From: an uncultured Acidobacteriota bacterium
GTDB taxonomy: Bacteria > Acidobacteriota > Thermoanaerobaculia > Gp7-AA8
Length of the DNA: 64,000 nucleotides
Reading direction: 5' to 3'
Assembly: GCA_963741955.1 (NCBI GenBank)
Contig: CAVUKB010000005.1
Coordinates: forward strand, 736,001 to 800,000
The position numbers and the translations under genes were made by a program. This document shows, one piece after another, positions 1 to 9,039 of this stretch (positions are counted from its first letter, which is position 1; each line of letters begins with the position of its first letter). The notes under the pieces are model-generated. The model worked only from the letters and a program-made list of their open reading frames with translations, did no database searches and was not told where the DNA came from.

Positions 1-197
1 GGATGGTTGAGCGGATCGTCGGGCGGCGGCTGCGGAGCGAGACGATCAAGAGCGGAAGGATTCCGAAACAGGCCACGGGGTTCTAGCGCCGGGTCGTTCG
101 CGGGGACTTCGTCGCGGGGAACGCTTGGCCGGTCTGGATGCATCGTGCCGCCAGCTGTCCCAGCCGCCAATCCCTCGAGTGCCGTAGGCACGATTGC

Positions 198-1047
198 AAT
201 TGCCCCGGGTGAAGGCGCTCCGCGCCGAAACCCGGGGTTCGCGACGACCGCATTTTCATGTGACCCGTCGCGTCCATCCAGGCGGGCGCGACGCGTGCTC
301 GCAATGACCGGCGTCGAACGAACGAAGCCTCACTGCACGCGGCATGACCGCCGGGCGATCACAAGCACGAAGGGACGTCAGGCGCAGATCCAGGCGGGCG
401 CGACGCGTGCTCGCGATGACCAGCGTCGACCGAACGAGACCTCACTGCACGCGGCGTGACCGCCGGTTAGCATGAGCAGAGAAAGGACGAAGGCCGATTC
501 TCCTGCGCTCGGATCTTGGCCCTCAAGACGATTCCATGACCGCCCTCGGCGTTCTCTACGCCCGATCGCGCTTCCGTCTGCTCGCTTCGAACCGGACCTC
601 GGCGCCATCACCCGTCGATTTCCTTCGGGATCGTGATATCGTTCGCTATATTCAACCGCATCGAACCGTCCGTTCGGAATTTCCCAGCAGGACAGCCTCG
701 GGAGGCGGCGCCGATTCTACGAGGAGTAGAACCCTCGGCTTCTCGCGAATTCCGAGATACTCTCGATCGCATGGCACGACCACTTCGACTCGCGTTTCCC
801 GGCGCGGTCTTTCACGCCACCTCGCGCGGCAATGAACGGAAGCCGATCTTCTGATGCGATGCGGCTTTCTCTCGGGCGGTCTGAGTGGCTCCGGCGGTCA
901 CGCCGCGTGCAGAACATTCTTCAGCGCAGTACCTTCGGCATCTCAGGCACGCGGCGCGCCCGCCTGGATGATCGAGACGGGCAACGAGAATTACCGGACG
1001 CGCGGGTCCCCGGGTTCCGGCGCGGAGCGCCTTCACCCGGGGCAATT
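198..1047. repeat. Long imperfect inverted repeat (arms ~198-354 and ~891-1047) plus a direct duplication (~275-354 / 388-466)
   Basis: AATTGCCCCGGGTGAAGGCGCTCCGCGCCG at 198 is the reverse complement of the block ending at 1047; CATCCAGGCGGGCGCG and CTGCACGCGGC(A/G)TGACCGCCGG recur twice on + and once inverted (947-970, 891-912). Confidence 0.85.
771..854 (+). pseudogene. Truncated N-terminus of a REP-associated tyrosine transposase (RAYT, Y1 HUH / IS200-like)
   Basis: Translates MARPLRLAFPGAVFHATSRGNERKPIF*, the typical RAYT start (MARPLR-x-x-PG-x-x-YHVTSRGN-x-R-x-x-IF). Stop after 27 codons; no HUH motif seen downstream. Confidence 0.75.
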
Positions 1048-1273
1048 CTCAACCGTGCCTCCGGCACTGGGGACCAACGCCGACATCCCGCTCTCGTCAA
1101 AGGTCCGGTCGCACGCGAGTTGAAATGAGGGCGCCTTGCGGGGGACGTGGCGCGGCCGCTACGCGAGCGCCAAGCAGCTCCCCCCGATCGCTGCGATCCT
1201 CCGCCGGCAGCACCGGCTACGTCTCCGATCCATCGCGCGCTGCGAGCGCGAGCTCGCGGACGATCGTCGTGCG

Positions 1274-4200
1274 TCACGACAGTCCCCGCCACGACAGCAC
1301 CCCGAGCCCCGTGCCGAGAAGGAGGGCGACGAGCGCGACCATTCCGAGGAGCGACAGCGCCGGGATCCGCCCGATCATCGCGGGAGCGGCGAGGATCGTC
1401 ACGACTTGCGCGTCCATCGATCCGAGCCCCGACCCGCTGGCCGAGGTGAGGCGGACTTCGAACGAACGGTCGCCGTCGAGTGCGGAGTGTGGTGCAATCG
1501 GGATCTCGATCGTCCGTGAGGTCGCGTCTCCACTCGACCAGACGAAATCCCCTTCGACCGGAGTGAAGTCACGCCCTGGGAGTGCGGTTCCGACCTCAGT
1601 GCGATAGTGGATCGACGCGATTCCATCCGAGCCGCCGTCTCGCCGGACTTCGACCCTGACCGGTCCGGCCGTTCCGGGGATCGTGGTGGAAGCGGCGGTG
1701 AACACGATCGTCCCTGGGGTGAAGACGTCGAGAATCGTGATCGTGAGAGTCTCGTCGCCGTCGCTCGACGGGATCGCCTCCGCGGCAGGATCGGAGCTCT
1801 CGAGATGCAAGGCGAGGGTGAACGACTCGTCGCCTTCCTGAATCGCGTCGGCGATGATCGGAACGGTAATCTTGCGCGCCGTGGCGTCGCCGTCGGACCA
1901 CGATAGCGTCCCTCTCGTGGACATGTAGTCGCTCGCTGCGATCGCGCTTCCATCGGCGGTCGCGTACGAGACGAAGAGGGAGCCGATCGATCCGTCCTGA
2001 CGCTGAACGGTGACCACCGCCGATCCGCTTCGTTCGCCGACCGAGATGGTTGTGGAGGGGAACTGTGCACGTCCGACCGGGATCTCGTATTTCCAGAGCT
2101 CACGCCCGATCTCCTCGGTCGATGCGGCGAACAGAAGCTCGCGACCGATTCGAGCGAGGCTGCCCGGAGAGGAGGAGCCCAGCCCTGGAACGACGTCGGC
2201 GGCAAGGTGGGTTCCATCCGGAGTGCCGTCGGTGACCCACAGCTCGCGCCCCACGCCGTCTGCGGCGGAAAAGTAGACGTGGCGGCCGACTCGGAAGAAA
2301 TCGGAGGGGTCGGAGCTCTCGACTCCCGGTGCGATGTCGGCCAGCAGGAATGTGCCGGCGGCTGAGCCGTCGGTCCGCCAGAGCTCGTTCCCATTCTCGT
2401 CGGTGCGGGCGACGAAGAGCGTGCCGCCGCGCAGTGGCGTGAAGGAGCGGGGCTTCGAGGAGTACGAGCCGGCGCGGATGTCCTTCAGCACGTGGGTCCC
2501 TCCGACCGTTCCGTCGGTGACCCAGAGCTCCTGACCGTGATCCGCATCGGGGGCGCCGAAGAGAACCAGATGGCCGAGCGTTCCGAACTCCGAGAGCATC
2601 CGCCAGAAAGTCGCGCTCAGGTCGGCAGGATCGAATGTGTGGAGAAGGATCGTTCCGTCGTGCGTTCCGTCCGTACGCCAGAGACGGTATGAGTCGCAGA
2701 AGAAGAGAAATGCATCCGAAACGGCGACCGGTTGAGCGGAAACCGACGCGGTGCCGGTGAGCTCGGCGAGCGACCGCGTTCCCGCCGTCGTTCCATCGGT
2801 GATCCACGGTTCGCGCGGCGTCGTATCCGTTGCGGCCCGGAACACCATTATCCCGGGGCTGCCGGGAAAGGGAAAGAAGTGTTCGTCCGTGAACGAGAAT
2901 GGATGGACATTCTCGGGAACTGCGCCGTCCGTCCGCATGATCCAGAGATCGCCGCCGGATTCGTTCCGCAGGAGGAGTCCCGGGAGGAAGGATTGGAGCG
3001 GCTGTAGGTTGAGCTCTTGTCCGGCGCCGTCTCTCACGGCCTCCGTGCCGGCTGCGGTTCCGTCCGTACGGTACGTCACAAATCGAGCTGAGGATGGTGA
3101 GGGATAGGCCGCGAAGTAGGCATGGGTTCCGAACGCGACGAAATGATCGGGGGTCGATGAGAACGGTCCTGAACTGATGTCCGCCAGTCGAGTCGTTCCA
3201 GCCGTCGTCCCGTCGGTCACCCACGGTTCGAATCCCGCGTCCCGGTCATACGCGGCAAAGACGATGCGGTTTCCGATGGCCGTCGGCGAGGTCACGTCGG
3301 AGCTCGCCGCCTCGAGTCCGGATGCAAGCGGATAGGTTCCGGCGGCGGTGCCGTCGCTCCGCCACGGAAGTCCTCCGTTCTCGAACAGAAGGACGCCTGG
3401 CAACGAAGAGAGCGAGGAGGCGGAGACGTCCGCGACCTTCTTCGTCCCGATGGTGGTCCCGTCGGTGTGCCAAAGCTCTCCGGCCACGGTGGAGAAGTAC
3501 ACATCGCTTCCGACCGCGGCGAACTCCAACGGGTGGATGCCGGTGAGGATCCGATGGGTTCCGAGTTCCGTTCCATCGGAGAGCCAGAGGCCGTCCTGCG
3601 ACGACGAATCCTTCGCCGTGAAGTAGAGGCGCCCCCCGACGACCGCGTAAGCGTAGTCGAAGTTGAAGGGACCGTCGGGAGATGTGGAGAGCGGGGCGGT
3701 GCCAGCTCCGGTTCCGTCCGAAATCCACAGCGCCGGTCCGGAATTCGACGCGAACACGAGACGGGTCCCCAGAGCTTGCGGCGCGCGGCAGCAGTAAGAC
3801 GAACTGGACCCGAGATCGAGGACGATCACGGTTCCAGCCGGGGAGCCGTCGGTGACCCAGAGGCGGGTTCCACTCGGCTCGGCGTCGAACAGGAAGAGAC
3901 GGGATCCAACCTTCGTCAGACCAGACAGTGTTGCGGACGTGCCGAAATCGTGGACGAGCACCGTGCCGCCCTCGGTGCCGTCGGACTTCCAGAGCTGCTT
4001 CCCGGTCACGGTGAAGAACAGAGTTCCGTTCAGATCTGTGAGGTGGGAGGGAAACGCGCCTGCACGGCCCGGAAGAATGTCACGAACCAATGTCGTTCCG
4101 TCACGGGTGCCATCGGTCTTCCAGAGCTCGGCCCCGAAGATCTCGTCGATTCCCATGAAGTAGAGAGTCGGCCCCGACACGACGGGAGGCGACGCGATGG

Positions 4201-4672
4201 GCATGTACTGTGACGCGAACGTCCGCACCAGAACCGTGCCGGCAGCGCTGCCGTCGGTCTTCCAGAGAGCGGTTTCCAGATCGGGAGTTGTGACGAAGAA
4301 GTACCCCTCGCCGTTGAAGGCGGTGACCGGACCGTTCTCCGGGTCCCACGAGAGCAGTGCCCCACTCCAACCCGTTCCCGCAATACCCTCGTTGATGTCC
4401 CTTACAATCGATGTCCCGGCGACGGTTCCATCGGTCTTCCAGAGCTCGAATCCCGTCTGGTGTCGCACTCCGCCGAAATAGGCCACATTTGCGACCGGGG
4501 AGTAATACGCACGCATGTCTCCAGTCGAGTTCAGCAGAAGTGTCGTGCTCGTAGTCGACGGGTCGATGTCGCGAACGAGCGTGACGCTCTGGGCCTGAAG
4601 GGACGCAGCGGTGATCGTGAGGACGGCTGCAGCGACGACCTCCGTGACGAATCCGATCCGTGAGACATACAT
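1274..4672 (-). CDS. ELWxxDGT-repeat surface protein with two Calx-beta domains and an IPTL-CTERM-like sorting signal
   Basis: Signal peptide after MYVSRIGF (purine-rich RBS); many ELWKTDGT/LWxSDGT repeats; YATADGSA..DY..GTLSW Calx-beta motifs; C-terminal IPALSLLGMVALVALLLGTGLGVLSWR. Confidence 0.9.
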   Translation of the reverse strand: MYVSRIGFVTEVVAAAVLTITAASLQAQSVTLVRDIDPSTTSTTLLLNSTGDMRAYYSPVANVAYFGGVRHQTGFELWKTDGTVAGTSIVRDINEGIAGTGWSGALLSWDPENGPVTAFNGEGYFFVTTPDLETALWKTDGSAAGTVLVRTFASQYMPIASPPVVSGPTLYFMGIDEIFGAELWKTDGTRDGTTLVRDILPGRAGAFPSHLTDLNGTLFFTVTGKQLWKSDGTEGGTVLVHDFGTSATLSGLTKVGSRLFLFDAEPSGTRLWVTDGSPAGTVIVLDLGSSSSYCCRAPQALGTRLVFASNSGPALWISDGTGAGTAPLSTSPDGPFNFDYAYAVVGGRLYFTAKDSSSQDGLWLSDGTELGTHRILTGIHPLEFAAVGSDVYFSTVAGELWHTDGTTIGTKKVADVSASSLSSLPGVLLFENGGLPWRSDGTAAGTYPLASGLEAASSDVTSPTAIGNRIVFAAYDRDAGFEPWVTDGTTAGTTRLADISSGPFSSTPDHFVAFGTHAYFAAYPSPSSARFVTYRTDGTAAGTEAVRDGAGQELNLQPLQSFLPGLLLRNESGGDLWIMRTDGAVPENVHPFSFTDEHFFPFPGSPGIMVFRAATDTTPREPWITDGTTAGTRSLAELTGTASVSAQPVAVSDAFLFFCDSYRLWRTDGTHDGTILLHTFDPADLSATFWRMLSEFGTLGHLVLFGAPDADHGQELWVTDGTVGGTHVLKDIRAGSYSSKPRSFTPLRGGTLFVARTDENGNELWRTDGSAAGTFLLADIAPGVESSDPSDFFRVGRHVYFSAADGVGRELWVTDGTPDGTHLAADVVPGLGSSSPGSLARIGRELLFAASTEEIGRELWKYEIPVGRAQFPSTTISVGERSGSAVVTVQRQDGSIGSLFVSYATADGSAIAASDYMSTRGTLSWSDGDATARKITVPIIADAIQEGDESFTLALHLESSDPAAEAIPSSDGDETLTITILDVFTPGTIVFTAASTTIPGTAGPVRVEVRRDGGSDGIASIHYRTEVGTALPGRDFTPVEGDFVWSSGDATSRTIEIPIAPHSALDGDRSFEVRLTSASGSGLGSMDAQVVTILAAPAMIGRIPALSLLGMVALVALLLGTGLGVLSWRGLS

Positions 4673-5170
4673 GGAGTCCCCCTTTCTTCGGTGGCTCCCA
4701 GGAGAGCGGGCGGAGCGGTCCCGGAGGTCTGTGAGGTCCATTGTAATGCACGCCAGCGAGACCGGCGGCACTTATGGAGACGGACCCCGTTCCATGGTCA
4801 CACGAGGCCGCCGTCGACCGAGTTCCGTCCGGAGCTCCTGACCCATTGAGCACATTTCGAAGGAGCGGGACATGGCTCCGGGTCCAAGCGCCGATCATCC
4901 GCCGCGCGCACGACGCGGCCGCCTCAAATTCCTCCCCGACGCGGGAGTTTGGAGCATTTCGAGAACTGGACGCATTGCGACTGACGCCGGTGCAGTTCAG
5001 GGTGCGGCGGAATCCTGCAGTGAGGAGCTCATCTGTGGGAATCGTCCGCCTCGCGACATCGGTATCGAGGGGCGTCGTCGGATCCGGCGGATGTCTCTTC
5101 ACGATTACAATGGCGGTGCGCATGGAGAATGCCCGGCTCGGGATTCCCATGCGAATCGCCGGCCGAATGC

Positions 5171-5611
5171 ATGCGACTCTGGTCCATCCATCCTCAGTAC
5201 CTCGACGCGAAGGGCATCGTGGCCCTCTGGCGCGAGGCGCTCCTCGCGCAGGCGGTGCTGCGCGGCGAGACGCGTGGTTATCGCCACCATCCCCAGCTGG
5301 AACGGTTCCGGGCGCACGCGCGTCCGCCTTCGGCCCTCGCGACGTACCTCGCGGAAGTTCACGCGGAGGCGGTACGGCGTGAGTACATGTTCGACGCGAC
5401 AAGGATTGGATCGGGGCGGACGAAGAGAACGATCGCCGTCACGTCGGGACAGATCGACTACGAGTGGCGGCACCTGATGGAGAAGCTCCGCCAACGCGCT
5501 CCGGAGCTCTACCGGAAGTGGCGCCGCGTCGACAGCCCGGAGGTCCATCCACTGTTCGTCATCGTCCCGGGGGACGTCGAATCGTGGGAGCGGATTCAGG
5601 GCTCGGGATAA
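5171..5611 (+). CDS. Pyrimidine dimer DNA glycosylase / T4 endonuclease V-like protein
   Basis: MRLWSIHPQYLDAKGIVALWREALLAQAVL..GY..HPQLERF signature; start set at ATG 5171. Confidence 0.85.
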   Translation: MRLWSIHPQYLDAKGIVALWREALLAQAVLRGETRGYRHHPQLERFRAHARPPSALATYLAEVHAEAVRREYMFDATRIGSGRTKRTIAVTSGQIDYEWRHLMEKLRQRAPELYRKWRRVDSPEVHPLFVIVPGDVESWERIQGSG

Positions 5612-5936
5612 TGCGGCTGATGTTCGCCACTCGGCCACTCGCGCGACCGCATCGTGTCCACCCGTCCTTTGAAGGTCGCCGCTAAACGAACCAGGTTCCG
5701 GTTGGAAGATACTCAGCGCACGAGTCGATTGGGAGAACGGCAAAGTTCACACCGGCTGGAGCGTCAGGAACCGTTTACCAAACTTTTGGAGCCCGGATTC
5801 GCGGATCGAGTTGCGTGAACCGATCGATCGACATTCCGAATGTCGGCTCCGGATCCCTGAAAGTTCGGCCACGACGGGCAAACCTCGAGCCCGCACTCAA
5901 CGAGCCTCGAGTCTCGATCCTCTAGCCTCGAATCTC

Positions 5937-7655
5937 CTAACCTCGAATCTCCAGCATCCGCACCGCGACGACGGTCTGGTCGTCGTACTGCGGCACCTCG
6001 CCGGCGAAGGCGTCGACGGCTCTGACGATCGCATCGCGGATTCCGGCGACCCCGCCAGGGTGGGTGGCGATCACCTCGCGCAGCCGTTCGTTCCCGAACT
6101 CCTCTCCCTCCCGATTCTCCGCTTCAGTGATTCCGTCGCTGTAGAGAATCAGCGCGTCGCCCGGAGAGAGCTTTCGCGACTGCGTCGCATAGATGGTCTG
6201 CGGGAGCATTCCGACCGGAAGCCCGTTCGAGCGGACGTGGTCGATCGACGTGGCAGTGACGAGATACGCGGGGTTATGCCCCGCGTTGACGTATCGCAGC
6301 ATCCCTCGCTCGCGATCGAGAGTGGCGATGATGAGGGTGATGAACTTGCTGTCGGAGGACCAGCGGTGGATGTGGCGATTCAGCTCCGTGGCGATCTCGC
6401 CGAGGTCTCTTCCCTCGTCGAAGAGAAGCTGGAGCGCGGCGTGGAAGGCGGAGACGAGGAGCGCCGCGGGAACGGATTTTCCGGAGACGTCGGCGACGCA
6501 GAACGAAAGCCCGTCCTCGTGCTGGAAGAATGCGTGGTAGTCGCCGCCGAGCTGACGCGCGGGGCGGGAGAAGGCGGCGATCTCGAAGCCGGGGACCGCC
6601 GGGACGGACCGCGGAAGAATGTCGCGCTGAATGGTGACCGCGAGCTCGAGCTCGCGCTCGAGGGCCTGTTTCTCCAGAGCCTCGCGATGGAGACGTGCAT
6701 TCTCGAGGGCGATGGCGACCTGGTTCGCGAATCGCGTGAGGAGCTGGATGTCGCTCTCCTCGAACGGGCCGATCCCGCCGTCCCGCAGCTCGCGATCGCC
6801 GGCGGCGAGAAGTCCGATCACCTGTTCGCCGGTACGGATGGGGAGGGCGACGAAGCTGCTGCAGTCGGGAAAGATGCACGCCGCCGCATCCTCGAACTGG
6901 ATCGGTGTTCCTTCCTTCAGCGATTCCCAGGAGAACGCATCGCTGAGATCCGCGTCGAGGACTTCGGAGCGGACGTCGCCGAACGATTTCTTGAGCTGGA
7001 ATGCGTCGCCCTCACGGAGGTAGAAGGCGGCGCGGCGCGCGTTGAGGAGCGAGAGCGTTCGGATCAGGATCTCGTCGGTCAGTTCGTCGAGGTTGAGAGT
7101 CGAAGCAATCGAGAGTCCGATGTCGTAGAGCGACTCGAGCTCCCAGAGGCGGTACTTGAGCTGGAAGTCACCTTCGCGCAGCTCGCTCGCGAGCCGCTGG
7201 TGTGCGAGGAGCATCCCGAGATAGTTGGACGCTGCTTCGAGCATGTCGACATCGACTTCCGCCGAACCATTTTCGGCCGAACCGAGAGCGAGGAGTCCGA
7301 CGTCGTCCTTCCCGTGTCGAAGAGGGACCAGCATGCGCGCATCGGGGTCGAAGAAACCGGCGGACGAAGGCTGGGCGTCCTCCCGCCCGACGCGGGTGAG
7401 ATCGACGATTCCGCTCGGAAGTGTGAGCTCAGGACGCTCGTCGGACGGCGCGCTGCCGCGTGCGGCCGCGAGCTGGAACTCGCTCCCGGCGGCGCCTCGC
7501 AGGTACACCGCGCCGGAGTCGAACGAGGTGTGACGGAGGAACGCGTCGAGGATCAATCCTCCCTGACGCTCCATCGATTCATCGGCGCGGGTTGCGACCC
7601 GCTCGATCTGACGAAGATCGCGGAGGAGATCGGAAAAGCGATTGCCTGAAAGCAT
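5937..7655 (-). CDS. GAF-domain PP2C/SpoIIE serine phosphatase (RsbU-like)
   Basis: Two GAF-like regions, ALENARL coiled coil, ELELAVTIQRDILP, LGGDY, ADVSGK, NAGHNP, LYSDGITEA, DDQT. Confidence 0.92.
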   Translation of the reverse strand: MLSGNRFSDLLRDLRQIERVATRADESMERQGGLILDAFLRHTSFDSGAVYLRGAAGSEFQLAAARGSAPSDERPELTLPSGIVDLTRVGREDAQPSSAGFFDPDARMLVPLRHGKDDVGLLALGSAENGSAEVDVDMLEAASNYLGMLLAHQRLASELREGDFQLKYRLWELESLYDIGLSIASTLNLDELTDEILIRTLSLLNARRAAFYLREGDAFQLKKSFGDVRSEVLDADLSDAFSWESLKEGTPIQFEDAAACIFPDCSSFVALPIRTGEQVIGLLAAGDRELRDGGIGPFEESDIQLLTRFANQVAIALENARLHREALEKQALERELELAVTIQRDILPRSVPAVPGFEIAAFSRPARQLGGDYHAFFQHEDGLSFCVADVSGKSVPAALLVSAFHAALQLLFDEGRDLGEIATELNRHIHRWSSDSKFITLIIATLDRERGMLRYVNAGHNPAYLVTATSIDHVRSNGLPVGMLPQTIYATQSRKLSPGDALILYSDGITEAENREGEEFGNERLREVIATHPGGVAGIRDAIVRAVDAFAGEVPQYDDQTVVAVRMLEIRG

Positions 7656-7853
7656 GTTCTGAGTATCAATTCTCTCCGCATAGTACGCAACAGCGGGGCG
7701 GGAAGTTCCCGGTCGAGAACGCTATCTCGCGTTACGAACCTGCGTCGAATGTTCGGAATTCTCGGGCTGGCGGAGTCGCGTTCCGAGATGCACGGAATGG
7801 AGATCGACGCGACGGATCGGCGGCTGGTGCCGCCGGAAGCGCCCGGAGCGGCG

Positions 7854-8207
7854 TCAGATCCCGAGCTCGGCGCGCGCGACCTGCTCGTCGGCATAGATCG
7901 GCGCGTACTGCGCGAGACCCATGATCTGGAACGTCTTCTGGATGACCGGAGTGAGGCAGCAGAAGGCGAGGTGTCCGTCCTTCTCCATCATCTTTTCGAT
8001 GATCTCGATCAGGATGCTGATCCCGATGGAGTTGACGATCTTCGTCTCACGGAGATTGAGAAGAAGGGTGTTGACGCCGGAGTCCATCAGCTCATACGCG
8101 CGATTGGCGATCTCCTCGCCTCCTACATTGTTGATGTAGCCCTTGGTGTAGAGGATCGCGGACGCTCCGCTCCGCTCGACCGCAACTTTCAAATCTTCCG
8201 TCGTCAT
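7854..8207 (-). CDS. STAS-domain anti-sigma factor antagonist (RsbV/SpoIIAA-like)
   Basis: 117 aa; LLNL..TKIVNSIGISIL with the conserved phospho-acceptor Ser; FQIMGL. Confidence 0.88.
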   Translation of the reverse strand: MTTEDLKVAVERSGASAILYTKGYINNVGGEEIANRAYELMDSGVNTLLLNLRETKIVNSIGISILIEIIEKMMEKDGHLAFCCLTPVIQKTFQIMGLAQYAPIYADEQVARAELGI

Positions 8208-8650
8208 ATCGAAGTTCTCTCGCCGTACTTCACCATGTGGATGGTGGTTCCTCCCCCACCGGAGACGATCTCGACTTCATCCATGTGTGCTTCGATGATG
8301 CGGAGTCCCCAACCTCGTTTCTGGGGTGCGCCGGCTGCGTGATGCTCGTGGGCTCTGGCTTTTTCCGGATCGAATCCCTGACCGTGATCGGTGATCCAGA
8401 TCTCCATCCTGGTTCCATCACCGTCGGTCGTGCTGCCGAGGAATGTTAGATAGATACGCTGGTCCGCGCAACACGCATGTTCACGGGCGTTGATGCACGC
8501 CTCGATGATCGCGTGCGACATCTCGTCGATCGCGTTCCCGTTCATCCCGAGCTCACGAGCGAGATCGCCCGCAGCTTTCACTGCGGTGATCTCGATATCC
8601 GGGATCATCGGGAGAGTCAGCTCCACCCGCCGCTCGACGGTGTCGTTCAT
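8204..8650 (-). CDS. Anti-sigma factor serine kinase (RsbW/SpoIIAB-like)
   Basis: EACINAREH (N box), ITDHGQGFD (G1), RGWGLRIIEAHMDEV (G2); 4-nt overlap with the STAS gene. Confidence 0.88.
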   Translation of the reverse strand: MNDTVERRVELTLPMIPDIEITAVKAAGDLARELGMNGNAIDEMSHAIIEACINAREHACCADQRIYLTFLGSTTDGDGTRMEIWITDHGQGFDPEKARAHEHHAAGAPQKRGWGLRIIEAHMDEVEIVSGGGGTTIHMVKYGERTSI

Positions 8651-8662
8651 GCTCGAGTCCGC

Positions 8663-8830
8663 CTAGAAGGAGAGAAACAGGGTCGCTGCAACCTTGAGCC
8701 AGTGGGGAATGCCCTGGGTCTGCTCGATTCCGAGAAGAAGGAGTGTGTTGAAGGTGAGCAGCGCCGGAAGGAGGAACGTGGGGCTGATCGCCGCTTCCAT
8801 CCTCGCCTTGGTGTTGACAATGTATCGCAT
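8663..8830 (-). CDS. 55-aa hydrophobic small protein, below the ORF-track length cutoff
   Basis: MRYIVNTKARMEAAISPTFLLPALLTFNTLLLLGIEQTQGIPHWLKVAATLFLSF*; strong SD AGGAGG ~7 nt upstream; lies between a sigma54 promoter and the kinase gene and stops 12 nt before the kinase ATG. Confidence 0.7.
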   Translation of the reverse strand: MRYIVNTKARMEAAISPTFLLPALLTFNTLLLLGIEQTQGIPHWLKVAATLFLSF

Positions 8831-8866
8831 CGCATCCCCTCCTGTTGAATTCCGGGACTCTCAAGA

Positions 8867-8882
8867 GCAATGCGACTGCCAA
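8867..8882 (-). promoter_or_regulatory. sigma54 (-24/-12) promoter
   Basis: Minus strand reads TTGGCAGTCGCATTGC (GG-N10-GC). An AT-rich IHF-like site (ATTCAGAGATTTG, 8921-8933) lies upstream, and the neighbouring gene encodes a sigma54 activator. Confidence 0.8.
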
Positions 8883-9039
8883 CGTTGGCCACACGATTCA
8901 AACCTGTATAACCCCTTTTTATTCAGAGATTTGCACGAAACATCCCGTCAAGTGACGGCGCGAGCTGCCGGGACATTACGCCACATAACGCGCAAGAACC
9001 CGAAGCTGTCAGCAGTAAGTCCATGAAAACAGGTCACTT

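Noticed and set aside
1-143. Minus-strand open frame (MHPDRPSV...) running off the left edge
   Set aside because: No recognisable motif or RBS; cannot be supported from this window.
4774-5170. Possible gene or RNA in the gap between the ELWxxDGT gene and the glycosylase
   Set aside because: The ORFs lack motifs and no convincing structure or repeat was seen.
5811-7649. Long plus-strand ORF (612 aa) and similar antisense ORFs (e.g. 12854-14542, 18651-20318, 33463-35073, 44284-45858)
   Set aside because: Shadow frames of well-supported genes in GC-rich DNA, with no family motifs.
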